Positions 17,491 to 31,110 of a stretch of DNA of 64,000 nucleotides are shown one piece after another; positions within the stretch are counted from its first letter, which is position 1; each line of letters begins with the position of its first letter. Position numbers and translations under genes: made by a program. The stretch is taken from the NCBI RefSeq assembly GCF_009914755.1, contig NC_060926.1, one strand, 5' to 3'. The notes below the pieces were generated by a model. The model had not been told where the DNA came from and made no database searches. It worked only from the letters and a program-made list of their open reading frames with translations. The stretch is from the human T2T-CHM13v2.0 reference genome, Homo sapiens.

Positions 17491-17808
17491 TTTCTCTCTT
17501 TTTTTTTTTTTTTTGAGACAGAGTCTCGCTCTGTTGCCCGGGTTGCCTAGGTTGGAGTGTAGTGGTGCAATGTTGGCTCACTGCAACCTCCACCTCCCGG
17601 GTTCAAGCAATTCTCCCAGCTTCAGCCTCCCAAGTAGCTGGGATTATAGGTGCCCGCCACCACACTCAGCTAATTTTTTTGTATTTTTAGTAGAGACAGG
17701 GTTTCACTATGTTGGCCAGGCTGGTCTCGAACTCCTGACCTCGGGTGATCTGCCCACCTCGGCCGCTCAAAGTGCTGGGATTACAGGAATGAGCTGCCGT
17801 GCCCGGCC
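17491..17808 (-). mobile_element. AluS, full length
   Basis: Poly-T start; TSD acttattctt at 17481-17490 and 17810-17819; small internal duplication gttgcccgg/gttgcctagg. Confidence 0.96.
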
Positions 17809-18585
17809 AACTTATTCTTAATTAAGGAAAATCATCAAAAGGATAGTGCCAAATCACTCCACCTCTGCCCTCTAATGGCTATTTCAGAAGGAAGATACAA
17901 TGTTTCTTCTATCTACTCTTTGCTCCACTGTACAGTTTAGAGCCTCTAGTCAGCTATGCATTATTAATTTGCATAACTTGTTTTTGGTCTTCTCTATCTC
18001 CTCAGTATGACTTACTACTTTACTCACAACTTACAAAAAGCTCACAAAAAGAAAATAGACATTAATTACACATTAAATTTTAAGAGAATGTCAATGAATA
18101 AATTTTAGTTGCTTGAATGAATGTATATGTCTAGGAGCTTTATTATAACACTTCTTCAAGTCTAGGTCTCGTTTTAAATGGCTCCAAGACAAGATTGTTT
18201 CCGTTTTTCAAGAGTAACAAGTTCTCTGGATGGAATTATTTAGGATAAGGTAGGCATCAACCTGATCCAAGAATTCTGCCCCAGGGAGAAGTTTTTATAA
18301 AAAGCTCCAATATACTGAGAGACAATCAAACACTATGAGATTTGACACTGAAATATTAACAGTGGGTACATCTTGGAAAAGATAAAGACGCAAAAAACAT
18401 ATATAATTAAAATAAACTACTTTTTTGTCAAGTACATTTTAATAAGTGTAAGGACACTTTTATTTTTAAAAGAATTGTGTTACTACTTCTTATCAGTATG
18501 AAAAGTCCTAGGACTACCAAGTTTCATGTCATTTTTTCCTATATGAACTAATCTCAACAAGATCCCCAAAGGTAAGGGCTGATTA

Positions 18586-18786
<201 letters not shown>

Positions 18787-21081
18787 TCATTTTATTTGTA
18801 TAGGAAATGGTATCTCTTAAATTCTAACAACATACAGAGTTCCACATAGCTAGAAATAGCTGCAGCTATTGTCAATCCTTTATTCACTCAGAATGATTAG
18901 CATTCACCATGATTAAAAAGCAGCAGTCAAGGATCTGTATGACAAAAGAAGCCCTCTCAGTCAATCATGCAGCCCTTCCTAGTTTCACAGTTTTAGGAGA
19001 TGTTATCAAATATTAAGTTATGCACAATGCAATTTTAGTACTCCCTACATTTATTGTATCTCAATTCTTTGATATTTAATATCTTGTTATGGAATGGATT
19101 AGAATTAACTAGTATATTTGATTGACAATTTGAATTCCTAATCTCATGAAATTCTGAAGTTGCAAAACATAGTTGAAAATACTCCTCCACTTAGTGGTTA
19201 AAATAGGAACATCTGCAGAATACTGTGGTTTCCCTGATAAATGTTAAAAGAATGTTTAAATGGAATTTTTCCTTAAGTTTAAAAGGCATACAGGGTCATT
19301 TCTTCTGGGACAGAAAAATAAAAGTATGAGGTTAAGATAGCTTTTGTTGTTTTCATTTTAAGAATGCCACTGGGGAAATTTGGATCGGACATTAATAAGG
19401 ATATAAAATAAATATGAAGAGCTTTACTCACAGAGACTTTTACATATATTATCTTCACTTTATCTTTACAACGATGTAACTTTCTTTTTGAAGATGAGAA
19501 TCTCAGGATAAGTAAATGATGGTGCCAGGAATCTAACCTAAATTATTTCACTGCTTCCCTGACAGTATCCATGCAACTATAGTGATGTGAATAGTGTTAG
19601 CCAACTTTTCACTTAGGTGCCTCTAGGTTTATCTAGTCATAACAATTAAGGTTTTCCAAAGGGCCAAGCAATTTGGCAGTCTGCTTAATGGAAAAAAGTA
19701 CTTGCTTAGAATAAAAAAGCCGAGTTTAATCCCCACTTCTGTCTCTGAATAGCTAGTCCCATAAACACTTTAAGCTTCAATTTCTTAATCACCAAAATGA
19801 AGACATAATAATCTCATCCTTCGTGCCTCCCTTTCAGGCTTGCACTGGTGACATGGTCAAAAACTTTGCAAATTTAAAATGTTAGGAAAATAGTTACTGC
19901 TTGTTTCATTATCATATCTATTATGTGCTTTCTAGAATCATATTGAGATATATTTTTATTTCTTCTAGGCTTTGAAATGCATTAGACTAAGTGGCATGCC
20001 CTTAAGAGTTTTTTTTGTTTTTTGTTTTTTTTTTTTTTTTTTTTTACCATGATGAGATCATTAGTAGTTTCTTAAACCAAGTGTAAGAATACAAGCAATA
20101 TTCAATATCTAAAACCATAGGAACTGCCCAGGAGAAATGCCTTGCTGTGTTGGCAAGTCTCAGATAACTATATCTTTTCTGCAATCGGTTTTAGATCCCC
20201 TGATATACCTCTCTCCAATTAAATATTTCTACAATATTGTTAGAACATATTGTTGTCATTAAATATTTAGGGTATGATCTAATTAACTGTGTAACTCCTA
20301 TGCCAGCCCAGAAAGATTTTCACACTAGTTATGTAAAACATGCCTCAGATCTCCAAGAAATGGAGGGAGAGCTCAAGCTTTGCTCACTAGATAAGAAGTG
20401 TCTATTTGTTCATTCTTTGACTTTCCGTAGTTCAAATGAGAAAACCCTTTGCTTGATTTCACTGATATGGTGCACTAAGATGACTGGTAGCATACTGTAG
20501 CTGTGAGGAAGTCTAAAATACCATCAACACAATCTGGCTTCACTCAGGATGATGACTCCTTGAATGGCTCATCTAATTAACAAAACTCTAGAAATTCATA
20601 AAACATTTGCCAAAGCCCGCAGAGAGAGAAATTCCTTTAATTTGTACTAAATGTATGCTACAACAAAATATCAAAATTTTAAATAAAACAAGATCAGTAT
20701 TGCTGATTTTTCCTCTTGCCTCAGGCCCCACTATGACTCTACAAGGCAATGTTACTGATCCTGTCCTTATTTTAAATGTTCATATTTTATTCATTATGAA
20801 TTTTTTGCATTAATTGTGAGTTAAAAAAAACTGCATTAAGACCTTTATTTTAACAATTGAGTTTTTTGGAGGCTCCTTAAATTGTTCCCCTGATGTGACA
20901 GCTTCATTTGTCTTACCCTAGACCTGGCTCTGGAGAGATGGGAATAGCTCATTCTCATTGTACCCCTTCCCAGCAGAACCCCTAGACACTTCATAAACAA
21001 CCTGAGGGATGCAAAAGTCTCAAGGAAAGAGAGAGACTGGGCTGACTTCCTCACCATCAAGTAGGAGACCCCCGAGGATCA

Positions 21082-21360
<279 letters not shown>

Positions 21361-22556
21361 TCATATGTCCTGATTAGAACAAGCAGCTCAAAGATAATTT
21401 GTTCTTAAATAAACACACAGGAGGCTCTAAACAGAAACGGCTCTGTAACACAATAGCAGTTATTCACACTATGATTGCTTAGATAAGTGAAGACAAATGG
21501 GTTATGGTAGTAATTTCAGCAGAGGGGTCACCTAACAGGCCGCAAAAGTGAAGCCAAACCTTTAGCACCACCTCACATCCCTAAACTGACTTTTCCTGGG
21601 AACTCTTTTGATTCCAACATGTGCATCTTCACCACCTTTTTCCTAGGGCAATGTAATTCGGCAACCAGAATTTCAGACAATGTCTTGAGGGAAATACTGA
21701 GTAAGCAGTTCACTGAAAAACATGTTCCTTCATGAGAGAAAAATGAATCTTCTACATATACATAGAACTAAGTTTAATTGGAGATGAAACATCAGAGCAT
21801 ATATCCATTTGTACCACAAAATGTCATATATATTCCATAAATGTGACGAATGTTAGGGGAAATGTTTTCTGAAATGTAAGTGCTACCTGCTATTTTAAAT
21901 AGCCAGTAAAGTAACTTAAATATTTGAAGAATGTCCTATAACTCACCTTAGATTCACAAATTGCTGTTTCACACTATATGCTGCTAAAAGTCCTAGCCAA
22001 AGTCCATTTAGTGAGGAGACTGTATGTTTTTCCATGGTCAGGCTAAGAGACACAAACATGTCAGGAAATAAAGCTGGCTCCACTGAGTCTTCAACATTTC
22101 TGAGAATATCAGTTTGAATAAGATAGGCCTGGGAGCTAAATAATCTTAGAAAATGCTGGAAGATTAATCTAGGGAGGTTCTGAACACTGTGGTTCAGAGA
22201 GAAACTCTGCATATGGCCCCTGAACCTCCAAAGACCTTTGAATTACCCAGATTAGCTGGCAACCAGATCCTGGATAGTGACTCTTAAATTATAGGAGGTC
22301 ACCAGGGTCATCCCACATAAGCCCATTCCTGAAATACAAGGTCTTTCTTAGAAAAATAGAATTGGCCTGAAATTGCCCATAGAACCGTATTCTTGAAGGA
22401 GGGCTCCCAGGAGGTGGCTCACCAGTGGCCCACAAGAACTCATGGCCCAGGTACATGTGCTGAAAACACTCCAGAAAGGTCTAATGACACATACCTGGCA
22501 GTAGAGGCGGAAAGTTTGATATATCTGCAAATATTTAAAAATTAAACTAAGAGCAA

Positions 22557-22843
22557 TTTTTTTTTTTTTTGAGACAGAGTCTCGTTGTGTCGCCAGGCTG
22601 GAGTGCTGTGGTGTGATCTTGGCTCACTGCAACCTCTGCCTCCTGGGTTCAGGTGATTCTCATACCTCAGCCTCCTGAGTAGCTGGGATTACAGGCACGT
22701 ACCACCACACCCAGCGAATTTTTGTATTTTTAGTAGAGATGGGGTTTCACCATGTTGGCCAGGATGGTCTTGATCTCCTGACCTCATGACCTGCCCACCT
22801 CTGCCTCCCAAAGTGCTGGGATTACAGGCGTGAGCCACTGCAC
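22557..22843 (-). mobile_element. AluS (Sc-like)
   Basis: Poly-T start; aggatggtcttgatctcctg and gtcgccaggctgg diagnostics. Confidence 0.93.
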
Positions 22844-24138
22844 ATTGAGAACACTGCATGAAATATATAGCAAGATCTTTGATCTGAAAACCAGTAGGAG
22901 AAGGAAAAGACGGGTAAAGAACTAGATAGGCACTTCAGAGAGGCTGCCATAATCTCATTAGCCGTGCAGTCCCCATTCCTGACACTTCGTAAACTATGTA
23001 CTCATTATTAAATGCAGAATTTGCATCTTACTGTCAGTTTAATGATGCTACTTTCACTTGGCTTTCTTCAGCAGGGAACAGCTTTGAGAAGAAAATGCAA
23101 TTGCCACATTCATTTTCTTGCCTTTCTTGATTATGTTGCCCTTGAACCCAGACAGAAGAATGATATTCTTTATATATTAAATCTATGCCCAAAAAAGGGT
23201 TCTCTTTGTAGTAAATAAAGAGTAACATAGACAGAAATGAATGCCACAAGGTCTGACAGAGCTAAATCATTCACAAAAAATATTCCTTTGAACAAAAAGC
23301 ATTCCACCAGACAATTAAGTCACTGCGATAAATAATATCACTGTTAGATAAGCCTGATACAAAATTTTTCCACAATGGGACATTGTACAAATAAATCTTC
23401 CTTAATAAATACAATAAACTACCAGTGATTTTTAATCTGATTATTCAGTTCCCTTTATCCATCTCATTTCTGATCTTTTCTTTTTTGTCTTTTACATATG
23501 CTATTGCTCACAAATATCCACACCATATAATAGGCCAAAGAAGGACTCAAAGTCACAAAGGTTTGACGTGTTAAATATCCTAAATAAAGCCTTATTTGCA
23601 GCATGTTTAAAATATTAATGAAAATACATTTTTAATTTTAGCCATAAAATTCAAGTATTTGTGCCCCTACCTATCCATAGATAATCAAGAGTGGAACATT
23701 TGTAGGCAGCCATTCTAAAGTGCTTAAATGTTCTCAGATAAATATTATCATCTGCTGTTAGTATGCTACAACCAGATTAATTTTTAGAATTAACATTATA
23801 GAATTGGTTTCAGCTCCTAGTCATTTCTGTACACTGTCTGCAAATGTCTGGCTATATGGTAAGAAATAAAACAGATGTTAGGTAGCTAGCCTCCATGTGA
23901 ATAGAGGTGCGATGTTGGAAGAAATGTGTAAGGAAGAAGCATTTGGCTGTGCCTCAAAGCTTACTTCCTACTTTTTAGGAAAATGCCCTAGGATTTTTAA
24001 CTTGCAGATGGTCATTCTCACATAGTCAGTTAATAACATCCCATCTGGAGTCAAAACCAATAAGTGTGTGTCATGCTTAGAATGATACGGATCACCTAAA
24101 AGCATAGGGTAATAATTTTAAACTAAGAAACCCATGGT

Positions 24139-24208
24139 TTATATCAAAACATCATGCTGTACACCATAAAAAAAATTTTTTTTACCTGTAAATTAAAAAA
24201 ACAAAAAC
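24139..24208 (+). mobile_element. Tiny 5'-truncated L1 (L1MA-like 3' end)
   Basis: tatatcaaaacatcatgctgtacacc plus A-rich tail, flanked by perfect 14-bp TSD aagaaacccatggt. Confidence 0.75.
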
Positions 24209-25624
24209 AAGAAACCCATGGTGTGGTCATACTCTAAATTTTCTGAGCTATCAGGGTCGACAAATTGTTTCCTGCCTGTCACCAGGGATTTTAGTAGCTT
24301 CAGACCCTCAATACTGTGAAGGTTTAAAGCACAGGTGTCCAGCCAAAATGTTTTTAGGAAACAGGCAGATAAGAGGGGTAGGGAGATAGTACCACAGGCA
24401 GTGGTTATTTTTAGTGCCCTTCTGCAAACCTAGATATTTTTTAAACCCTGATGGTTCCTAACAAAACAAATTTATTGGCCAAATTTGAACCATAAGTCAC
24501 TAGTTTACAGCTGCTGAAATTCACCAGGGAAGCAAAGCAAAAAAGCAAGCTCATATGGGAAAAGGAGACACATGCAAAACCAAGCACAGATACTCAGAAG
24601 GCCATGGGCCAGCAATGAACTGATGTGTACACTTTAGTCATATGTGGTAATTATGCGTTGTGGAATAGTCTGTTTCAGGATCAGGTCTTTTAACGCTCAC
24701 TCTCACAACACGTTTTTTGTTTGTTTGTTTGTTTTTTGCAATCAAGAAAAGTGGATCTAATTTAAATTTTGGAAGTACTACAACTACAGAAAAATGAAAA
24801 CAAAACATATTCCAGTGAAGGAGATCCATTAGACTTTATTTTCTATGTATTGTAGCATAGTTATCTGTTTTAAAAGTCTATTTCAAATATGGATTTTCTT
24901 ATTCTTGACTTTATGACTACCAATTTATTTTCTAAAATCAGTGCCCTTCAAACTTTTTCAACAGTGTCCTATGTATGAAATACATTTTACATTGCAACCT
25001 ACTACACATAAATATAGGGATGTATATTATTGTATATGAAAATTTTCAGTTTATATAAATTGATGCTTTACCCAAAAAAAATCCCTTTAGTGGTAAACTC
25101 TGACATTATTCTTTTTTTTTCAGTTACTGATTTTAACTAAATCAAACTTACAAACTGGAAATGAGTCTTGTCTCATAACTTGAAAAGCCGTGCTTTACTT
25201 GTATGGTAAACATACAAGCAATTTGAACATTTTACTAATCAGAAAACAAGCCAAAAATAATTGGCTTATCCACTTTCCAATTTGCATGTGTATTCCTCCA
25301 CAGATAAAGAAGTATATTGGCTTTTGTTTTCCAGTCTTCAAATTTTTTCTTTCTCTAGCTGAAGTAAGAATAAATTATTTTCAATAATCAAAGCTCCTCA
25401 GTGAGGTTAGCACATTACGTTACAGTTTTTCTTGAAGTAACTATACATAGTTATATAGACTGTCTATCGCCAGAAAACTTGGTAGAAGAAATAATTTCTG
25501 AATTTATATTAATAATTAATTTATCATGGTAAGAGATATACTTGAATTTTCAGAAGTATGACCCCCCAAAACTAGTTCACATATCATCATATCATATACG
25601 AAAGTCTGCAGAAAGAAGTGACTA

Positions 25625-25837
<213 letters not shown>

Positions 25838-26579
25838 CTAAATGCAATGATTTTTGCATCAAACGGGTATTGTATCATGTGTCCTTTCATTTCCCAATCT
25901 TGGAACAGAGACACAAATGCTGATTCTTGGAGGAAAGACTAAAATTTAATCTTTACCACAAATAAAAAATATATAAGCTTCAAAATTTCCAATAACTATG
26001 AATCAAACTATGTCTTTTTTTCCCTTTGATAAGAATATAGTTGATTTGTAGTAAATATATTACTATTACTATATTAAACATTCTCTTTAGTTAAAAACCA
26101 AACATCAAGTTCCTTCAGATTTGTTAGGAAAACCTAGAATAAACGAAACAATTGATTCATATCAGACCTACCCATATATACAGAATTATGCTCTCTCGTC
26201 AAGTATTTCTGAAAATCCACATGGAGTCCTATCTCCCTTGTAGGCTTGTGTTCTATTGTGCTGCAGGTACATGGCACATGCTACTATAATTAGCAATAAT
26301 AAGAATTTGCAGTGCTATTATACTGATAACCTTTTCCTGAAAGCTTTTGAGTAAATTATACCTCACAAGAAGCCAGTAATTTATAAACCACCTAGCAAAT
26401 TTAGACCTTTCTCTCAAATTATGTACAATTAATGCACAATTTGTGGTACATTAGGAAGAAAAACCTTCATATTACTCTGCAAAATAAGTCAAAAGAAGTC
26501 AACAGAATTGAAGGCAGAATATACCCAAATGTGGGAAATAGAACCACATTTTAATTCTGAAGTTTAGATTAAATTCTTC

Positions 26580-27054
26580 TGACAAAGATTATTTCCTTGA
26601 GCAAACTTTACTCAGGCTCTTTGGAGCTCTCTGCTCAACTAGGCAGGCCTTGGGCTTTTATCTCCATCCTTATAGAGTTTAGTTTTAGCAAAATCCCTGG
26701 TAAGTCAGTTTAGAGTCAATCCCCACCCTCAATATGTGATCACCCTTGATATCAGATCGAACTCCTCATCTCCCACCATCCTCCATGCGATATCTGATCA
26801 CTCTGGCCCCGCCATCAGCAAGAATTCTGTTAGGTCAGTTTAACAAGAATCCCCCTAAGCTCTTGGTAAATTTCCATCTGCCAATCCCTCCACTCCAACC
26901 CTGCTTCTTGGCTACTAACCCCCACTTTCCCTTGTTGTATCTGGAATTGAGCCAATTCTATATTGAGTTCTCTTTTCCCCTAATGCAATAGTTCGTGATT
27001 TGAATTTGCTTTTACTACTTAACTACTGTCCAGGTCTGATTTTTTTTTTAAACT
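26580..27054 (+). mobile_element. ERV1 solo LTR (MER31-like)
   Basis: tgacaaaga...caaacttta.tcaggctc start and repeated gtcagttta/gatatctgatcac motifs. Confidence 0.75.
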
Positions 27055-29079
27055 CTTTCTCCCCTTTATCTTTGCTGCATTCCCCACACTCTTATAAAAA
27101 TCACACATCCCCAGGAGATAAAAGCCATCACTAATCCAAGCAAAGTTGAGAAATTCCATTCAAATTTTGAAGTATAAATTTCTACTGCCTCCGCTGTAAC
27201 TCCTGTACCTTAGTCAAACTATTTTGTGTGCCACTTAACTGCATCCTGATTGCTTCACATGTCCTCTGCAACACACCAGGGTCCATCCAGGTATCTGTTT
27301 TTCCTTCCATCTATAGATCCAATTCCTGGGTCATAGAGTTGGCTCTCAACAAACATGTGTGGTTTATTATATTGTATTGTACTCCTCTGACTCAGCATTT
27401 CCAGATTAACTAGGGCAGAGGCAGCAGTACACTGGCCAGAGAACTAACTGCTGTGGCTATCTCATCCTGCTTTCACCACACACTACGCTGGACTATGACT
27501 GAGACACACCCTCGGTAACCTGCCATTCCTTCTGTGCCTGGGCACAGGAAGATATCCTAGAAACTGCGGCCTCTCTGCAAATGGGCCACACGCCCCAGTA
27601 AGATGTGCCACCCCTCAAAACACATCTCTGTCAGCTATGGATATTTGTGCTAAATGAGTTTAATGAGGCTGAAACAATTCATAACCTGTCTTCATTTAAA
27701 ACCTATTTGAAAATTATAAGAAATTATGAGAAACGAAAGAAAATGTCCTCTAATTCTCATTTTTCAAATGTAATTCACCCTCTGGCAAAAGGCTTCCTGA
27801 AACAATTCTCAAAGACTTCACAGAAAAAGTGTCCTGAACAACAACTCTGGCAAAATGCTCATCTGAAATCATATCCAAATAATTCAATTTTTATCATTCA
27901 TTACAATAAAGCCAGGAAAAACCAGGCATTACCACTAGATACAGGGATATTAGGGATAATAAACACATCTGCACTCAATGTTTAGAGACTAGCTTTAAAA
28001 TAAACTCACTCCATAGATTCATTCCAGGAAAACCCAGAAATAAGAACGTCAACCAAGTGTTGAAACAATACATGGTAGTGAGTAATGGCAGCCTTAATTT
28101 GTCCCTGAAGCTGAAAGATTTCCTGTTCCAAGTATCTGAGACACATATCACTGTGTATGCTGATGAATGACAATGAAAACAAAATACAAATGACAGAGAG
28201 GTCCCCCCTTTTTTTTTAATCTTCAATTCATCGCAATAGGATATGTGAGAAAAGAGACCACATGATTAGCATGACAGCTCATTTCCTTCCCTGTGGAGTT
28301 TCTCAATTACATCTTCCAGGTCTATTCTTTGTATCTGGCCATGGTATAATTGTACTAAGTGGGATTTGTAAGTATCAAGGATGTTAATCAGTCACATAAC
28401 TAAACACATGTCATATACCTAGATGACCATCATGCTATTATAGAAACATAGTCCTGATCCCCAAAATGAGGTGCCCGTGAGGTACAGCCTTTCAATTTTG
28501 GACATAGACCAAACTGTCTCAAGCTTGGTCAGAAATCGATTAAAGACCCATGGCATTATTCAGTCTCTGAACCAAAATACACTATACTGATTGCCAGTGT
28601 TGTATCTGTGACACTTTCAAGATGCTCTGAAACCTGTTTGAAGCAAATTATCTCCAAACTATCCACAGGCTTTGACAGAGCAATCTCAATGCAAAAATCA
28701 ATGGAATAAGATCAGTGTTCAACAAACCGTAAACTCCCACTGCCTTCAATGATATCTAAATACTGAAATTGCTCAAGTCTAAAAAAATCTAAATCCAGAA
28801 AATGCTTAAAAATGTTTGGAAGCTGTTGTCTAATTTCAGACACAATGATTTTTTTAAAGATTTTATTAAAAACAGCCCCACTCTTCTAGTTTTGTAACTT
28901 TCCTTTTTTAGAATATTAACTAAAGTCTGTTCCAGTGCTTACTATGTGACATGGCAGACTTTGTAATCAACAATTGCTATTCTCTTTGTGACCTTCAAAG
29001 TCTTATATAGTAAATGTAGGCTTCTCTTCTATGTTCTACACTATGTTTACTACAATGGAAACTCAAATATAATTCTAAT

Positions 29080-29455
29080 GTGAGCAGAGTACTTAGATGT
29101 TGAGGATTTTGCACACACTATTCCCTCTGCCTGCAACGCTCTTCCCTCCCTCTTCACCTATAAAACTTCTATTCATTCTTCAGCTTGTCTCTCGGACACA
29201 CCTTCAGGTAAGCCTTCCAGGAATTTCCTGATCAGGACAAATCCTACTACACAGAACATGCTCTCTTGCCCCATTTTGCTCCCTCTCATACAATTATCAC
29301 TCAAATAAATATAATATTTGATTGATGTCTCTCTTCTGCACCAGACCTACGAGATCAATGACGGGGTTTTTCTTCATCATTTCATCTGTAGTGGTGGCAC
29401 AATGCTTAGTACTTAGCAGACATTTAATGAATATTTGTTTAAATGAATAGATGAG
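29080..29455 (+). mobile_element. LINE2 3' fragment
   Basis: ttccctctgcctg...aatgaatatttgtttaaatgaat. Confidence 0.65.
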
Positions 29456-30484
29456 AGGGAAAGACTGCTTGATACAGTGCTTGATAGGTACAAGCACTAT
29501 CAGAGACAGCATAGGGTGAGTCTGAACAATTTCAAAGTGCCATTTGCAAAGACTGCTTTCTGAATTTCAACCTGACTACTTGCCTGTTTCCAAAAATGCA
29601 AGCATCTATAAATGTGTATATACACATACACCCACACATACAATGTTGTAAAGATTCTATGTCATAGGAGTCAGTATTTTTTCTATGCTTTCATGACCTC
29701 ATTTTTAGTAATGACTAATTAAAACTGAAGTAATTTACATATCTTAGACTCTAAGAATCTCCCCAAACCATCTGAGTCCAACCACCCATATACAGTGTAG
29801 CTGTGTATTGTGAGACTGTTAGATTCTAAAATAAAATTTAAAAAATCACAAAATTGCCATGTTGGAAATGGGCAGGCTTTCTTTCAAAAGTCCAACACAA
29901 CAAGTTTCCTACAAAAGTAAATTAGATATCTGTTTCTTCAACTGAAGGCCTGACTTCTGAAGTCAACTTCTGAAGTTAAAGAAGTTGACTTCCATTGAGT
30001 GGCCACATTTTACCCAAAATATGAGCCATATCTCTAGACACTAGATCCAAACTCAGCATTGAGAAGGAACCAGCACTAAGACCTTAAGGAAAACAGTGCA
30101 TTTGTGACTGCCAACTTAGACTCCCTTCCGAGCAACGGCTCCTTAAGTTGACTGGCAGGTAAATCACCCATAATTTAAATAGTTAAAATTCACATAAGAT
30201 GCAATGCCACTCTTTCCTACCAACTGGTCACCCACACTAAGTTTAAACCTTCCAAAATGGGGCACTTGCTACTTTGCTTCATGAATGGGTTCCCTGGAGA
30301 GTCGACTCTACAAATGGCTGTTACAAATCAAATCCTATGTTTCCACTGATTCGAATTAGGGATTCAGGTGTGCCAACCTTGTAAGCTATTTCCTTTCCTA
30401 TAACAGTGCCCACACTGTTATGTGTTTCCTTTTTCATTGTTCCTCATAACCCTGTCAGGGCCGCACAGGTAAAAATAGAAATCA

Positions 30485-30655
<171 letters not shown>

Positions 30656-30889
30656 TTAAACAGTGAAACAAGTCATGGAGGAATCAGCTGTGGAAATCCA
30701 CCATACCACCTCTCAGGGAATCCTACTCATGACTCTGAATGACCTCTTTTTTCCACTCAGCGCCAACAAATTACATCAATTTCTGTTTGATTTTATATGC
30801 TCCTCCAAAACTTTGTAACCTCTTGAACATATCAGAAAAATGATGCACCAAAACAACATGCCAAAATAGAAATAGTGTAGCGATAAGAA

Positions 30890-31110
30890 TGGGACTAGCT
30901 GGCATTTATTGAGGTGCTCCTTAACGTGCCACAATGTTATGTCTCACGTTCATGTTGTTAGTGAACCCTCACAGAACCTTGGGAGGCAGAAATTCCTTTC
31001 CCCATATTACAGAAGAGATGTTGAGGTTTGCTGTAGGTCAGACAGATAAGAAATGAGAGTCAGGACTCAAACCTGAGCTGTCTGATTCCAAAGCCTTCAC
31101 TCATAACCTC
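30890..31110 (-). mobile_element. MIR
   Basis: catttattgag...cccatattacagaagag...ggactcaaacc...tctgattccaaagcc core. Confidence 0.65.

Noticed and set aside
20008-20045. Isolated poly-T run (also poly-A at ~40433-40454) as orphan retrotransposon tails
   Set aside because: No target-site duplication or element body visible; treated as simple repeats.
29951-29992. Heat-shock or STAT element reading of the TTC/GAA array
   Set aside because: Spacing is TTC-N1-GAA, not N2 (HSF) or N3/N4 (STAT).
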